DNA of 64,000 bases from Octopus vulgaris (GCA_951406725.2 OX597833.1:19468001-19532000); one strand, 5' to 3'; positions 39,401 to 51,477 are shown, counted from the first letter of the stretch. Notes: generated by a model not told the origin, from the letters alone. Numbers and translations: made by a program.

Positions 39401-40974
39401 TTATAGTAGAAAGGATCATTGTTATTATTATTATTATTTGATGAAGACTCACAGTTTATTTTGCTGGGTATGATGGAAAGTGTCAGCTGTCTACAACCAG
39501 CAGACTAAGGTGACACTTGTTTACTGGTCATGCTTCAAGAACCCTGTGAAGAATTCCTGCAGTTCCAAGCAATGCTGATTTTTGTAGGTGTTCTGTCTTT
39601 ACATTTGTGCCAAAGTTTTTGAACCATGTTGGTCATTGGGTGCTGAAACTTCCAAGTGCACCAATTACTGTTGGTATCATGTCTACTCCCTTCTTTAACC
39701 ACAACCTTCGTATTTCCCACAATCATCATAGTTGCTCAGTTTTTCTCCTTTCTCTTTGATCCTATGTCAATTATTAGTGAGTGGTTGGCGTTAGGAAGGG
39801 CATACAGCTGTAGAAACACTGTCAGATCAGACTGGGCCTGGTGCAGCCTTCTGGCTTCCCAGACCCCAGTTGAACCGTCCAACCCATGCCAGCATGGAAA
39901 GCAGACGTTAAATGGTGATGATGATGATGATGATGATGAGGGCAGTGTATACCATCAAAGTGACACTGGGGTAAAATATATGAAGCCCAGTATACCCATC
40001 ATGACTACCCATCTTATAAGGGTACACCAAGCACTTGCATCACAACCATGTGTGCGCAACATGGTGATCTCATATCAAGATAAACAGCGCATGACATTGC
40101 AGGTGGGACCTAGTTAGAATATTCTTCTGGTCGAGTAGCCCATTCTGCTCAAAAGGTCCCTGAATAAGGATTGTTTAAGGATGTTGAACAAACCACCCAT
40201 GTTTCCAAAGGTGAATTATCCAAACCTCCAAGAATTCCTTTCAACATATGGCTATGATGCTCCCCCACTACTTCTGCTTGTGATCAGAGATGCACATATC
40301 GTCAGTCACTAAGAGACATTCTCAACTGGTTATGGTCAAACAACTGAGAAGCAAATTTGTGGTATTGAGCTGAATATTTGCTGTAGTCCTTCTTTTATAC
40401 CACTGCATCAAGACAGTTTTTCGTGGAAGTAGAGCTGGCAGTTGGGTGCACCGGGTGAATATGGTGGCACTCTGTCAACAATAGTCCACTTGATGCTGGG
40501 TATTTCATCTCGGAGATCATGGAGTCTCCAGAGAAAATGAGACAGGGAAGTAGAGAAAAACTATATGAGCACGTCTGCACACCCACATATAGACCTATAT
40601 ACCTGCACATGCCACCCCTTCCTACTTTCGCCCCAACAACCTGACTGACTTCTACTCTATTTCCTGTCCTCCACATGGCCAATTTCCTGTTCACCATGCA
40701 GTATTTTCCAACTAACTATTACCCATATACCAACATCAAACCATGACACCACATGACTTTCCTCAACCAATCACAATCCACCTTAGGGTAATAACAAATC
40801 AACTTCTGTTATTCAAATTCAAAATGGCTGATGATTAGCATTGTGCTTGAAACTCATGAGTACCAACAAAATTTGAATTAAACTGTTTTGATCCATACAT
40901 GTAACTCCCAAGAAATTGGTTGAGTGCCTTCTTTTGTTTGTCCACTCAGTTGTGTGCACACACACACGTGAGTA

Positions 40975-41023
<49 letters not shown>

Positions 41024-41075
41024 TGATAATAATAATAATAATAATAATAATTATTATTATTATTATTATTATGTG

Positions 41076-41106
<31 letters not shown>

Positions 41107-41181
41107 CCCAAGCATCAAACTAATACACTTGTTTGTTGTTCATACACCTGTCTTCGTCTTTTGTCTTTCTATAAATTTCAA

Positions 41182-41227
<46 letters not shown>

Positions 41228-41365
41228 CATGTATATATGTTAAAAAAACAGACATAATATCATGCATTATATATGATGAAATATAACAAAATTTTTTATA
41301 TATTTATGTATTCGTTCATTTATTTCTAGTTGTTGTTATTGCTTAACTCTTTATCATATTTCCAG

Positions 41366-41473
41366 CATTACAATAATTTTTTTGTCTTGGCTGTTGGCTG
41401 TATTCTTGGAGGTGTTTCTACATGCATTCTCTTCAGTGCCTTTGAATCTTGGCTCATCCATGATTTCAACAGA
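41366..41473 (+). CDS. MFSD5: MFSD5-like exon 4
   Basis: tttccag acceptor. Encodes HYNNFFVLAVGCILGGVSTCILFSAFESWLIHDFNR, matching the family LGG.ST..LFSAFE.W motif. Donor gtaagt, phase 0. Confidence 0.93.
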
Positions 41474-42992
41474 GTAAGTATTCTACCACACTTTTACTCT
41501 CTCTCCTCCAAGTCTTTCCGCTTTCACATTTTTCACAACCCTCAAAGGAGGAAGCATTCCTCACAAACGCACATTCATGAGATGGTTGTGATCTGTAAAC
41601 AGTTTTGGGTAGGAACTGGAAAGGGAAGTATGAAGAAGCAATGTGCATATGCACACTGAATTCATAGGAATAAAAACACAATGTCAAACAAGTTACATGA
41701 TGGTCTTCATGCCATGGCTGACACCACTATCATGCAGCTTTACTACAGTTTTCTTGTCTATATTCAGACCAGTTTCTCTATGGGAATGATGAAGGCAGTG
41801 ACAGTGGTGGTGGTAGTGGAGATGGAAAAATTGGTAGAACTCTAAGCAAAATATTGAGTTCAAATTTTAGCACAAGGTCAGCAACATCAGGGGAGGGGGT
41901 AAGTCAATTACATCTACCTCAGTACTCAACTGGTACTTATTTTACTGACCCCCAAAAGGATGAAAGGCAAAGTCGATCTCAGCAGAATTTGAACTCAGAA
42001 CAGGAAGATGAACAAAATGCCACTTAGCATTTTGCCTGGCATCCTAACAATTCTGCCAGTTGGCCACCTTAACCCTGCCCCAAATATTACCATATTTTCT
42101 TTTACACAAGCTTATGTAGTATATAGCATAGGTCTTCCACAGCCATGCCCGTGCCTACAAAATGTATGTACATATGCACAGCGCTAAGCATGTAGCAAGC
42201 TTTCTATGACCGGATGCCCTTCCTGACGCCAACCCTCACCTGTTGCCAAACGAAGTAGTTTTTTCCTTCTATCATACTTTAACCCAGTGACACTCAACCA
42301 TTTTTTGCCTATGGACCCCTTTGATTTCTATTTTATTCTACATGACTCTTATACCTATTCAATGTTTTAAAAAAATCATATTATATTTTCATAATTAAAT
42401 ACTATTAGGAATTGCATTAAAAAAATTGTCAAATATTTTGTATATTGTAGAAATAAAACCAATTTATTGCAGATAAGTTTTAACAGTAAAATCTCACACA
42501 ACCTCCCAAGGGTCATGTGGACTGGGACTATCCCAGTTGTCTTGATATAAAACATTGTTTATTGTTATCCAATCTCTGGACATGATTCAATCATGTGACG
42601 TTTTTTCATGTCCCCACTCTTTGATTATTTAAGCTTATGTCAGTTCATCTGGGAGAAAACACATTATAGACTCTACCATGTGACGTAGATATGCAATGAC
42701 TCATTGTTGTAGATGGACTATTCTTTTCACTTTAGCAATTCCTTTCTGCATTGTGGGAAAATTGAAATGACAATCCACCACTTAGCTCTTCAATTTCGAA
42801 TTGTTGCAATATTCAGTTCATTCATTTTATAAAGTTATATTCTGAGTATAATTACGGAGATGTACTCGCATAGCAAGTGATTTGATCTGAGATCGTGTGC
42901 TGGAACGAAAACAATTGTAGCGTGGAAGGTGTTTGTAAGCCATTTAAGAAACACACAAAAGCCGTTCGATTCACTTCAACATTTAAGTTTAA

Positions 42993-43042
42993 TTTGTCAA
43001 AATATTTTCGTCGCTAAAATCCACGACCTGTTCACTGACAAA
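42993..43042 (-). ncRNA. Inverted copy of the G3-C8 hammerhead motif
   Basis: Reverse complement reads TTTGTCA-GTGAACAG-GTCGT-GGATTTTA-GCGAC-GAA-AATATT-T-TGACAAA. Confidence 0.68.
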
Positions 43043-43105
43043 AATCCGTGCTGCATCTAAGATTTTAGCGACGAAAATATTTTGACAAAAGACGCAGCAC
43101 GGATT

Positions 43106-43155
43106 TTTGTCAGTGAACAGGTCGCAGATTTTAGCGACGAAAATATTTTGACAAA
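43106..43155 (+). ncRNA. Minimal hammerhead motif with G3-C8 swapped core
   Basis: TTTGTCA, GTGAACAG, GTCGC-AGATTTTA-GCGAC, GAA, AATATT (palindromic helix III), T, TGACAAA. Helix I is 7 bp and helix II 5 bp, both perfect. Confidence 0.7.
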
Positions 43156-43556
43156 TTAAACTTAAATGTTGAAGTAAATCGAACGGCTTTTGTGTGTTTC
43201 TTAAATGGCTTACAAACACCTTCCACGCTGCAATTGTCTGAGTATAATATTATTCGTTTTCCTTTGAAAACCACTGCTTTAACCTCTCAGCATATGGATT
43301 AAAACAACCTTCCTTTTCCTAATACCCCTCCCCCACACACACACACGCTTAGTCCTGGTGGGGCTTTTCTCTTTCCAATTTTTTTCCGTCTTGAAACTTT
43401 GCTCGACCACCTCACTAGTGCTGGTGACCCCACCAAAAAAAGTACCCAGCGCTCATAGACAGTTGGCACTAGGAGTGGCATCCAACCATAGAAAATATGC
43501 TAAAGCTGACACAGTGCAACCCTGCTGCTTATCAGAACCTAGCTGATGAGGATAAA

Positions 43557-45025
43557 GGCGGCGAGCTGGCAGAATCGTTAGCACGCCGGACGAAATGCTT
43601 TGCGGTATTTCGTCCGTCTTTACGTTCTGAGTTCAAATTCCGCCGAGGTCGACTTTGCCTTTCATCCTTTCGGGGTCAATTAAATAAGTACCAGCTACAC
43701 ACTGTGGTCGATATAATCGACTTAATCCGTTTGTCTGTCCTTGTTTGTCCTCTCTGTGTTTAGCCCCTTGTGGGTAGTAAAGAAATAGGTATTTCGTCTG
43801 CCTCTACGTTCTGAGTTCAAATTCCGCCGAGGTCGACTTTGCCTTTCATCCTTTCGGGGTCGATTAAATAAGTACCAACTACGCTCTGTGGTCGATATAA
43901 TCAACTTAATCCGTTTGTCTGTCCTTGTTTGTCCTCTCTGTATTTGGCCCCTTGTGGGTAGTAAAGAAATACGAACCTATCTGATGATGACAGTAGCAGC
44001 AGCAGAGGTGGCAAAGGCACAGTAATTAATCAGATTATCAATCAATACAGCATCCGTCCACATATCCTGATAACCAAGAATCACTGCACTGGCCCTGATG
44101 ATACATTTGCTCATGTTTATATGATTATGGCGGTGAGCTGGCAGAAACGTTAGCACGCCAGGCGAAATGCTTTGCGGTATTCCGTCCGTCTTTACGTTCT
44201 GAGTTCAAATTCCGCCAAGGTCGACTTTGCCTTTCATCCTTTCGGGGTCGATTAAATAAGTACCAGTTACACACTGGAGTCGATATAATCGACTTAATCT
44301 GTTTGTCCTCTCTGTGTTTAGCCCCTTGTGGGTAGTAAAGAAATAGGTATTTCATCTGTCTTTACGTTCTGAGTTCAAATTCCGCCGAGGTTGACTTTGC
44401 CTTTCATCCTTTCGGGGTCTATTAAATAAGTACCAGTTACACACTGGAGTCGATATAATCGACTTAATCTGTTTGTCCTCTCTGTGTTTTAGCCCCTTGT
44501 GGGTAGTAAAGAAATAGGTATTTCATCTGTCTTTACGTTCTGAGTTCAAATTCCGCCGAGGTCAACTTTGCCTTTCATCCTTTCGGGGTCGATTAAATAA
44601 GTACCAGCTACGCACTGTGGTCGATATAATCGACTTAATCCGTTTGTCTGTCCTTGTTTGTCCCCTCTGTGTTTAGCCCCTTGTAGGTAGTAAAGAAATA
44701 AGAACCTATCTGATGATGACAGTAGCAGCAGCAGAGGTGGCAAAGGCACAGTAATTAATCAGATTATCAATCAATACAGCATCCATCCACATATCCTGAT
44801 TACCAAGAATCACTGCACTGGCCCTGATGATACATTTGCTCATGTTTATATGATTATGGCGGTGAGCTGGCAGAAACGTTAGCACGCCAGGCGAAATCCG
44901 TAGCCGTATTTCGTCTGTCGTTACGTTCTGAGCTCAAATTCCGCCGAGGTCGACTTTGCCTTTCATCCTTTGTCTGTCCTTGTTTGTCCCCTCTGTGTTT
45001 AGCCCTTTGTGGGTAGTAAAGAAAT
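43557..45025 (+). mobile_element. Cluster of Meta-like SINE multimers with a duplicated unique spacer
   Basis: Heads at ~43557, ~44128 and ~44858. The ~155-bp spacer gaacctatctgatgatgacagtagc... is repeated at ~43972 and ~44702. Confidence 0.88.
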
Positions 45026-45047
45026 ATATATGTTTATGACTACACTC

Positions 45048-45078
<31 letters not shown>

Positions 45079-45121
45079 TTTTCTTCCACATGTACTAGAA
45101 TTTTTACACCTATATTTGCAG

Positions 45122-45240
45122 CAAAATATTGACAAAAGCCTCCTGGGAAACATCTTCAGTACAAGTGTCCTTTGTAATTCAATTGTTGCCATCCTCATGG
45201 GTCTGGTTGCACAACTTTCTGTAGATGCTTTCGGTTATAC
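45122..45240 (+). CDS. MFSD5: MFSD5-like exon 5
   Basis: tttgcag acceptor. Encodes QNIDKSLLGNIFSTSVLCNSIVAILMGLVAQLSVDAFGY(T). Donor gtaagt, phase 2. Confidence 0.9.
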
Positions 45241-46440
45241 GTAAGTGGAAATTGCTGATTTCTTGAAATGGATACATTATCATCATCATCATCATCATCA
45301 TCATTATCATCATGATCATCATCATCATCATCATCATCATCGTTTAACATTTATTCTTCAAGTTGGCATTGGTTGGATGGTTTGGCAAGAACTAACAATA
45401 CCTGGAGCCGAACCCGACTCCATGGTGTGTTTTGGCTCAATTTCTACAGCTGGATGCCCTTTCAGGTGTCTTTATTTAAGAAAAGTACTTATGGTCCACA
45501 CAAGTTTAGCCTAATGACATTCCAAATTGTAAGAACCTTAGAATTTTCACTCTGAGAAACTCTAAAACCCTTAGAATCACAAAAATCAAGGTAAACATGT
45601 TGGCAGAAATAGTATGGCGGCGAGCTGGCAGAAACATTAGCACACCGGGCGAAATGCTTAGCGGTATTTCGTCTGCGTTACGTTGTGAGTTCAAATTCCG
45701 CCAAGGTCGACTTTGCCTTTCATCCTTTCGAGGTCGATAAATTAAGCACCAGTTACACACTGGGGTCGATGTAATCGACTTAATACCTATGTCTGTCCTT
45801 GTTTGTCCCCTCTATGTTTAGCCCCTTGTGAGTAATAAAGAAATAGGTATAGCATCAGGACTCCCAGCATTTCAGTTTCATCTCTTTACATCCTGATTTA
45901 AAACTCACTGCACGCATTGACATAAATTTTGCTTTCTCCTGTTCAAGAATCAGTGAAACTTGTACAAGTTTTAAACTGCGTCAATTCATCCTCAACTAAA
46001 GATTGGTCTTATGCCTGAATCAAAAGAAAGGATTATTCCCAAAACAAGGAGTGTGCGAGATAGATTTCTTTCTTTATTTTTTTTGGTAGAAAAAAAATGT
46101 TTCATTGACAAACATTTCATCAATAAGGACTTTTCAATACCAGATTGGTTTATTACAGAAAATAGGTGGCCTAGTGGTTAGAGCAGTGTTCCTTTAACCC
46201 TTTTTTACCCTTGCATAACTCTTAAAATAAATTAGATGTCTCAAGGAACCCCTGCACAAAAAAAATTATACACCATATCTTCCTCATATTTTTTCATCAT
46301 CATTCACGTGGTAAATATCAAATATATATATATATATTGATAGAAATGGCAAGACAACAAAAGAATGAAAGAGACCTCAATATTATATAAATAGAGGAAT
46401 TTATCTGTAAATATAATATGTGACAATTATTTGGTAGCCA

Positions 46441-46503
46441 TGATAAAACTCTGAGTTTCAGATGTCAGGGCAGAAACCTACGCTGGCATCTCTTCAGTTA
46501 TCA
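46441..46503 (-). ncRNA. Type I hammerhead ribozyme motif
   Basis: On the - strand: TGATAA, CTGAAGA, GATGCCAG...CTGACATC(T), GAAA, CTCAGAG, TT, TTATCA. Perfect 6-bp helix I. Confidence 0.75.
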
Positions 46504-46520
46504 GGCCATAAAAAAAATGC

Positions 46521-46557
<37 letters not shown>

Positions 46558-46562
<5 letters not shown>

Positions 46563-46915
46563 GCAGCGTGGAAGGTGTTTATAAGCCATTTAAGAAACAC
46601 ACAAATATGTTTCAGATTCACTTTAACATTTAAGTTTAATTTGTCAAAAATTTTCGTCAGGATAAGACCAAGCGACCTTATGTTCACTGACAAAAATCTG
46701 TGCAGCACGGATTTTTGTCAGTGAACATAAGTTCCTTGTCTTCCTGATTTATGCGACCGAAAATATGCGTTTGACAAATTAAACTTAAATGTTGAAGTGA
46801 ATCGAACTTTTTGTGTGTTTTTAAACACAAATTTACAAACATCTTCCACGCTGCAATTGTTTTCGTTTCAGCACACGATCTCAGATCAAATCACTTGCTA
46901 TGCAAGTACATCTCC

Positions 46916-46916
<1 letters not shown>
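46558..46916. mobile_element. Second copy of the G3-C8 hammerhead foldback family, between (TA)n tracts
   Basis: Same arms as 42853-43237 in the opposite overall orientation. TTTGTCA-GTGAACA is retained at 46714-46727, but helix II is scrambled. Confidence 0.75.
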
Positions 46917-46977
<61 letters not shown>

Positions 46978-47038
46978 GTATATATATATGTGTATGTATG
47001 AATGTATGTATGAATGTATGTATGAATGTATGTATGAA

Positions 47039-47073
<35 letters not shown>

Positions 47074-47443
47074 TTGTTATATTTTTTGATAGCATTAGAG
47101 GTTAAATAGGATTTTCTATATATATCTACCTTCTACATATATATATATATATATATTCTTTTAACTTTTACTTGTTTCAGTCATTAGACCGTGGCCATGC
47201 TGGGGCACTGCCTGTTATTGTTGCTGCTGATACTGCTATTGTTGTTGTTATTGCTGTTACTGTTCTTGTTGTTGCTACTGCTGCTTTAGTTGTTGTTGTT
47301 GTTGTTGCTGTTGCTGTTGTGGTAGTGGTGGTGATGGTGGCTGTAATGGTGGCAACAGCAACAACAACTTCAGCTGTTATAGTAATCAGTATTAAATTAC
47401 AGTCAAAAAGTAGTCCTCCATAACCCAGTGCTTTCTTCTTCAG

Positions 47444-47580
47444 GACTCCATTTGAGATAGCAGCTTGTTTGTTCTTTTTGATGATTGTTTACATAACATG
47501 GAACTGGGAAGAGAATTATGGCAGCCAAGAGACGTCTGTCTGTTTGTCACTAGGAAATGCCTTTCAATTAATCAAAAGTG
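47444..47580 (+). CDS. MFSD5: MFSD5-like exon 6 (not in ORF track)
   Basis: ttcttcag acceptor. Encodes (T)TPFEIAACLFFLMIVYITWNWEENYGSQETSVCLSLGNAFQLIKS(D), with the conserved W.ENYG motif. Donor gtaggt, phase 1. Confidence 0.92.
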
Positions 47581-48039
47581 GTAGGTATTAAACTTTCTTC
47601 TTGAATCCCCTTCAAAGTTCAAATTTGTGTTCCACTGGAAAGAATGCTCTCTACATTCCAGGTTCAGTCCCACTGCGTGGCACCTTGGGCAAGTGTCTTG
47701 TACTATAGGCTCGGGCCAACCAAAGCCTTGTGAGTAGATTTGGTAGACGAAAACTGAGAGAAGCCCTTCATATATATATAAAAAACACCATCCGAGCGTG
47801 GCCGTCTGCCAGCGTCGTCTGGCACCTGTGTCGGTGGCACATAAAATCACCCACTACACTCTCGGAGTGGTTGGCGTTAGGAAGGGCATCCAGCTGTAGA
47901 AACACTGCCAGATCTGACTGGCCTGGTGCAGCCTTCGGGCTTGCCAGACCCCAGTTGAACCGTCCAACCCATGCTAGCATGGAAAGCGGACGTTAAACGA
48001 TGATGATGATGATATATATATATATATATATATATCATC

Positions 48040-48720
48040 ATCATCATCGTCATCATCATCACCATTTAACGTCTGTTTTCCATGCTAGCATGGGTTGGAT
48101 GGTTCGACCGGGGTCTGGGAAGCCAGGAGGCTGCACCAGGCTCCAGTCTGATCTGACAATGTTTCTACGGCTGGATGCCTTTCCTAACGCCAAGCACTCC
48201 GTAAGTGTAGTGGGTGCTTTTTACATGCCTCCGGCACAGGTGCCACTAGCAGGCTGGCAATGGCCATAATCAGTTGGTGCTTTTTACTTGCCACCGGCAT
48301 GGAAGCCAGTCAAGGCAGCACTGGCATTGGCCACGTATAGATGGTGCTTTTAACATGCCACCGGCACAGGTATCGCAACTATAATTTCCATTTGATTTTT
48401 TGATGTTGATGTACTTGACTCAATAGGTCTCCTCAGGCACAACAGGCTGTCCTACAATCCAAGGCACTTTGGATGGGCTGGGGCTTCTATGTGAAGCTGG
48501 TGCAGGAAACAGCCATGAACTCACGTTATTTGTCGGGTCTTCGCAGTCACAGCATATCTCCAGAGGTCTCGGTCTTTCATCATTGCCTCTGTGAGACCCA
48601 ACGTTTGAAGGCCATGCTTGATCACCTCATCCCATGTCTTCCTGGGTCTACCTCTACCCCGGATTCCTTCAACTGTTTGGGAGTGGCACTTCTTCATCCA
48701 TCTCTTCTCATCCATCCGTA
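48040..48720 (-). mobile_element. 3' end of the same RTE-type LINE
   Basis: Encodes VEGIRGRGRPRKTWDEVIK..DRDLWR, followed by the shared 3' UTR. Confidence 0.85.
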
Positions 48721-48748
48721 GCGGATGTTGGCGGCGGCGGCGTTGTTC

Positions 48749-49090
48749 TTCAGGTCACTACTTGGAATCGAACTCAGAATCTTGGGGTTAGTAGCCTGTG
48801 CTCTTAACCACTACGCCTATGGGCATATGGTGTAGTGGTTAAGAGTGCAGACTACAAACCCCAAGATTCCCAGTTCGATACCAAGCAGTGACCTGAACAA
48901 TAATATAAAATAATACAAATAAAATTATAATAATAATAATAATAATAATAACATCGAAAAATACCTTAGGAATGAAAACCCAGGTTCGAAATTTCCCCAA
49001 GACACCTGAAGAAGGCTGGAGGGTATATCAGCCGAAACGTGTTAACAACAAACAAGATGAGAACAAATATCCATCGAATGTAAATAATGT
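48749..49090. mobile_element. Head-to-head tRNA-derived heads, (AAT)n linker and hammerhead-like tail
   Basis: 48749-48817 is the reverse complement of 48829-48897. A-box-like TGGTGTAGTGGT and B-box-like AGTTCGATACC are present. The same head occurs at ~1335-1402 (-). Confidence 0.7.
49001..49043 (+). ncRNA. Hammerhead-like motif (helix III/cleavage site apparently deleted) in the tail of a tRNA-headed element
   Basis: GACAC, CTGAAGA-A, GGCTG-loop-CAGCC, GAAAC, GTGTT. Helix I GACAC/GTGTT abuts GAAAC with no GUH triplet between them. Confidence 0.55.
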
Positions 49091-49269
49091 AAAAAAAACA
49101 TCAACAACAATGACTGTTTTAATTGACTAGGGGGCTTCGGAGGGCAGGGATGTTGCAGCCCCCACTCCACCCCCATATGTAGGCAAAGCAATTCCCATGG
49201 GATTCATATTCCTTGATGCTCTACCAATTCTACTGCCTTTATATTGAACCCTGATTTCTTTCTTTTCAG

Positions 49270-49424
49270 ATTATAAAGTGCTGTGTTTAGGAATGATACA
49301 GTCCTTATTTGAAGGTTCTATGTATGTGTTTGTCTTGGAGTGGACCCCATCACTTAACTATGCCAAAGATTTCCTAGTAATTAAAGAACCTTTACCCTAT
49401 GGTCTGATATTTTCAATTTTCATG
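49270..49424 (+). CDS. MFSD5: MFSD5-like exon 7
   Basis: ttttcag acceptor. Encodes (D)YKVLCLGMIQSLFEGSMYVFVLEWTPSLNYAKDFLVIKEPLPYGLIFSIFM, with the Q.LFE.SMY.FV..WTP and P.G.IF..FM motifs. Donor gtaaga, phase 0. Confidence 0.94.
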
Positions 49425-49474
49425 GTAAGATTTTCTCTTCTCACTGCTATATATTTTCTGTAGTGATTCCTCTC

Positions 49475-49488
49475 TGTTTCTTTCATTT

Positions 49489-49543
<55 letters not shown>

Positions 49544-49796
49544 CTCCTTCTCTCTCTCTTTCTCTCTCTCTATCTCTTTCCTCTCTCTCTTTCTCTCTCT
49601 TTCTTTCTCTCTCTTTCTCTCTCTTTCTTTCTCTCTCTCTTTCTCTCCCCTCTCTTTCTCTCTCTCTTTCTTTCTCACTGTCTCTACTTATCTCTCTCTT
49701 TCTCTCTCTCTCTCCCTTTCTATCTCTTTTCCCTCTCTCCTCTCTTCCTTCCTCTCCCTTCCTCCCGCCTTCCTTCTCTCTGTCCCCCCTCTCTCA
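49475..49796 (+). repeat. Polypyrimidine (CTTT)n/(CT)n tract
   Basis: ~320 bp that is almost purine-free, starting ~50 nt after exon 7. Confidence 0.9.
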
Positions 49797-50419
49797 ACAT
49801 ATTTTCTTTACTTTCTGGTATATACAACTGAAGTAGCATTTACTCTTTTATTTGTTTCACTCATTTGATTGCGGCCATGCTGGAGCACCACCTTTATAGT
49901 CGAGCAAATCAACCCCAGAGCTTATTCTTTGTAAGCCTAGTACTTATTCTATCGGTCTCTTTTGCCAAACCGCTAAGTTACGGGGATGTAGACACACCAG
50001 CATCGGTTGTCAAGCTATGCTGGGGGGACAAACACAGACACACAAATGCACACATATATATATATATATATACACATATATACAATGGGCTTCTTTCAGT
50101 TTCCATCTACCAAATCCACTCACAAGGCTTTGGTCAGCCCGAGGCTATAGAAGAAGACACTTGCCCAAGGTGTTATGCAGTGGGAATGAACCCGGAACCA
50201 TGTGGTTGGTAAGCAAGCTACTTACCACACAGCCATAGTCATCTGCGTATGATCATTGTTGCCAGCTTTATCTTGTCTCATATCCAAGAATTTAGTTTCT
50301 TTGCTGAACACTTCCTTTCTGATGATAGCATTGATGACTCAGTTGACCAATTCTTGCATAGAAGAGTCAATGAAGGCATTGACTGTATGGTAATGTTGGT
50401 GGAAGATGAGGTTGGTTTT

Positions 50420-50700
50420 GTCAAGCCTTTCTCTCCTGTCATTTGATTTCTTACCCTTTCTCTTCTGGTCACTTTGAAGTTTTTGGTTCCAATGGCGATG
50501 GAACACTGCCACATGGTATGGTCTTGGGTTTGTGTTTCAAATGATTTAGGCTCAATTCCAGTGGCTTTCAGTGTTATTTTGAGTTGGTCCTTATATCTTT
50601 GAAGAGGGTAGCCCCATGGTCTTTTTCTTGAAGTGAGCCCACTGAATAAGACTTGGCCTGAGAACCTTGATTCTTCCATTCTTGCTACATTTCTTGACCA
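50420..50700 (-). mobile_element. Degenerate RTE LINE fragment
   Basis: Encodes QVLFSGL...KRPWG.P..RYKDQLK.TLK. Confidence 0.7.
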
Positions 50701-51477
50701 TCAAAGATGGTGTTTCATGTTCAGCGATTTGAACCCTGAACATGGAGATGGACAAAATGCTGCTAATTACTATGGTATTTATCCTCAGATAACATCTTTT
50801 ATGGGTGTTCTGTGTTGAAAGCACAATGAGTAAAAAAGGGTAAAGACACCCTTCAGTCATGAATGATCATGGGATTGTACCAAGAAAGTTCCCCTCTTAG
50901 GCACAAGCCTGGGCAAGGTTGTTTATCGAAGACCAGCAGTCTCCCATGCATACCAGCCTCCTTTCTCCACACCACCGATGTTACCCAAGGGACAGGCAAA
51001 AGCCAATATAGATTGGCACCAGTGACATCACAATTCATTTCTACAGCTTAGTGAACTGAAGCAACATGAAATAAAGTGTCTTGCTCAAGAACACAACACA
51101 GAGCCTGGTCCAGGGATCGGACTCACTATCTCATGATTGTGAGCCCAACACTCTAATCACTGAGCCATGTGTCACAATGGACAGTGTGTATATATTGGGT
51201 CCACATTTTAGCACAAGGCCGGTAGTTTTGAGAAGGGGTTAAAACGATTAAATCAACCCCAGTGCTCATCATCATAATCATCAGTAACAGCAGCAACAGC
51301 ATTTAATGGCTTGACAGGAACTAGCAAAGCCAAGGGCCACACCATGTTCCATAATCTGCTTTAGCTTGGTTTCCACAACTGGTTGTTCTTTCTAATACCA
51401 ATCATTTTACAGAGAGTTCTGTGTGCTTTTTACATGGCACCATCACAAGTACTTTTTATGTGGTGCTAGCACTAGTA

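Larger units (their letters stand above)
42853..43237. mobile_element. G3-C8 hammerhead foldback element with 11-12-bp TSD
   Basis: Inverted arms span 42911-43237. TCTGAGTATAAT occurs at 42841-42852 and 43237-43248. A second family member lies at ~46558-46916. Confidence 0.82.

Noticed and set aside
48829-48897. Functional tRNA gene (also 1335-1402 and 63875-63955)
   Set aside because: Acceptor stems are imperfect and the units continue into repeat bodies, so they are treated as SINE heads.
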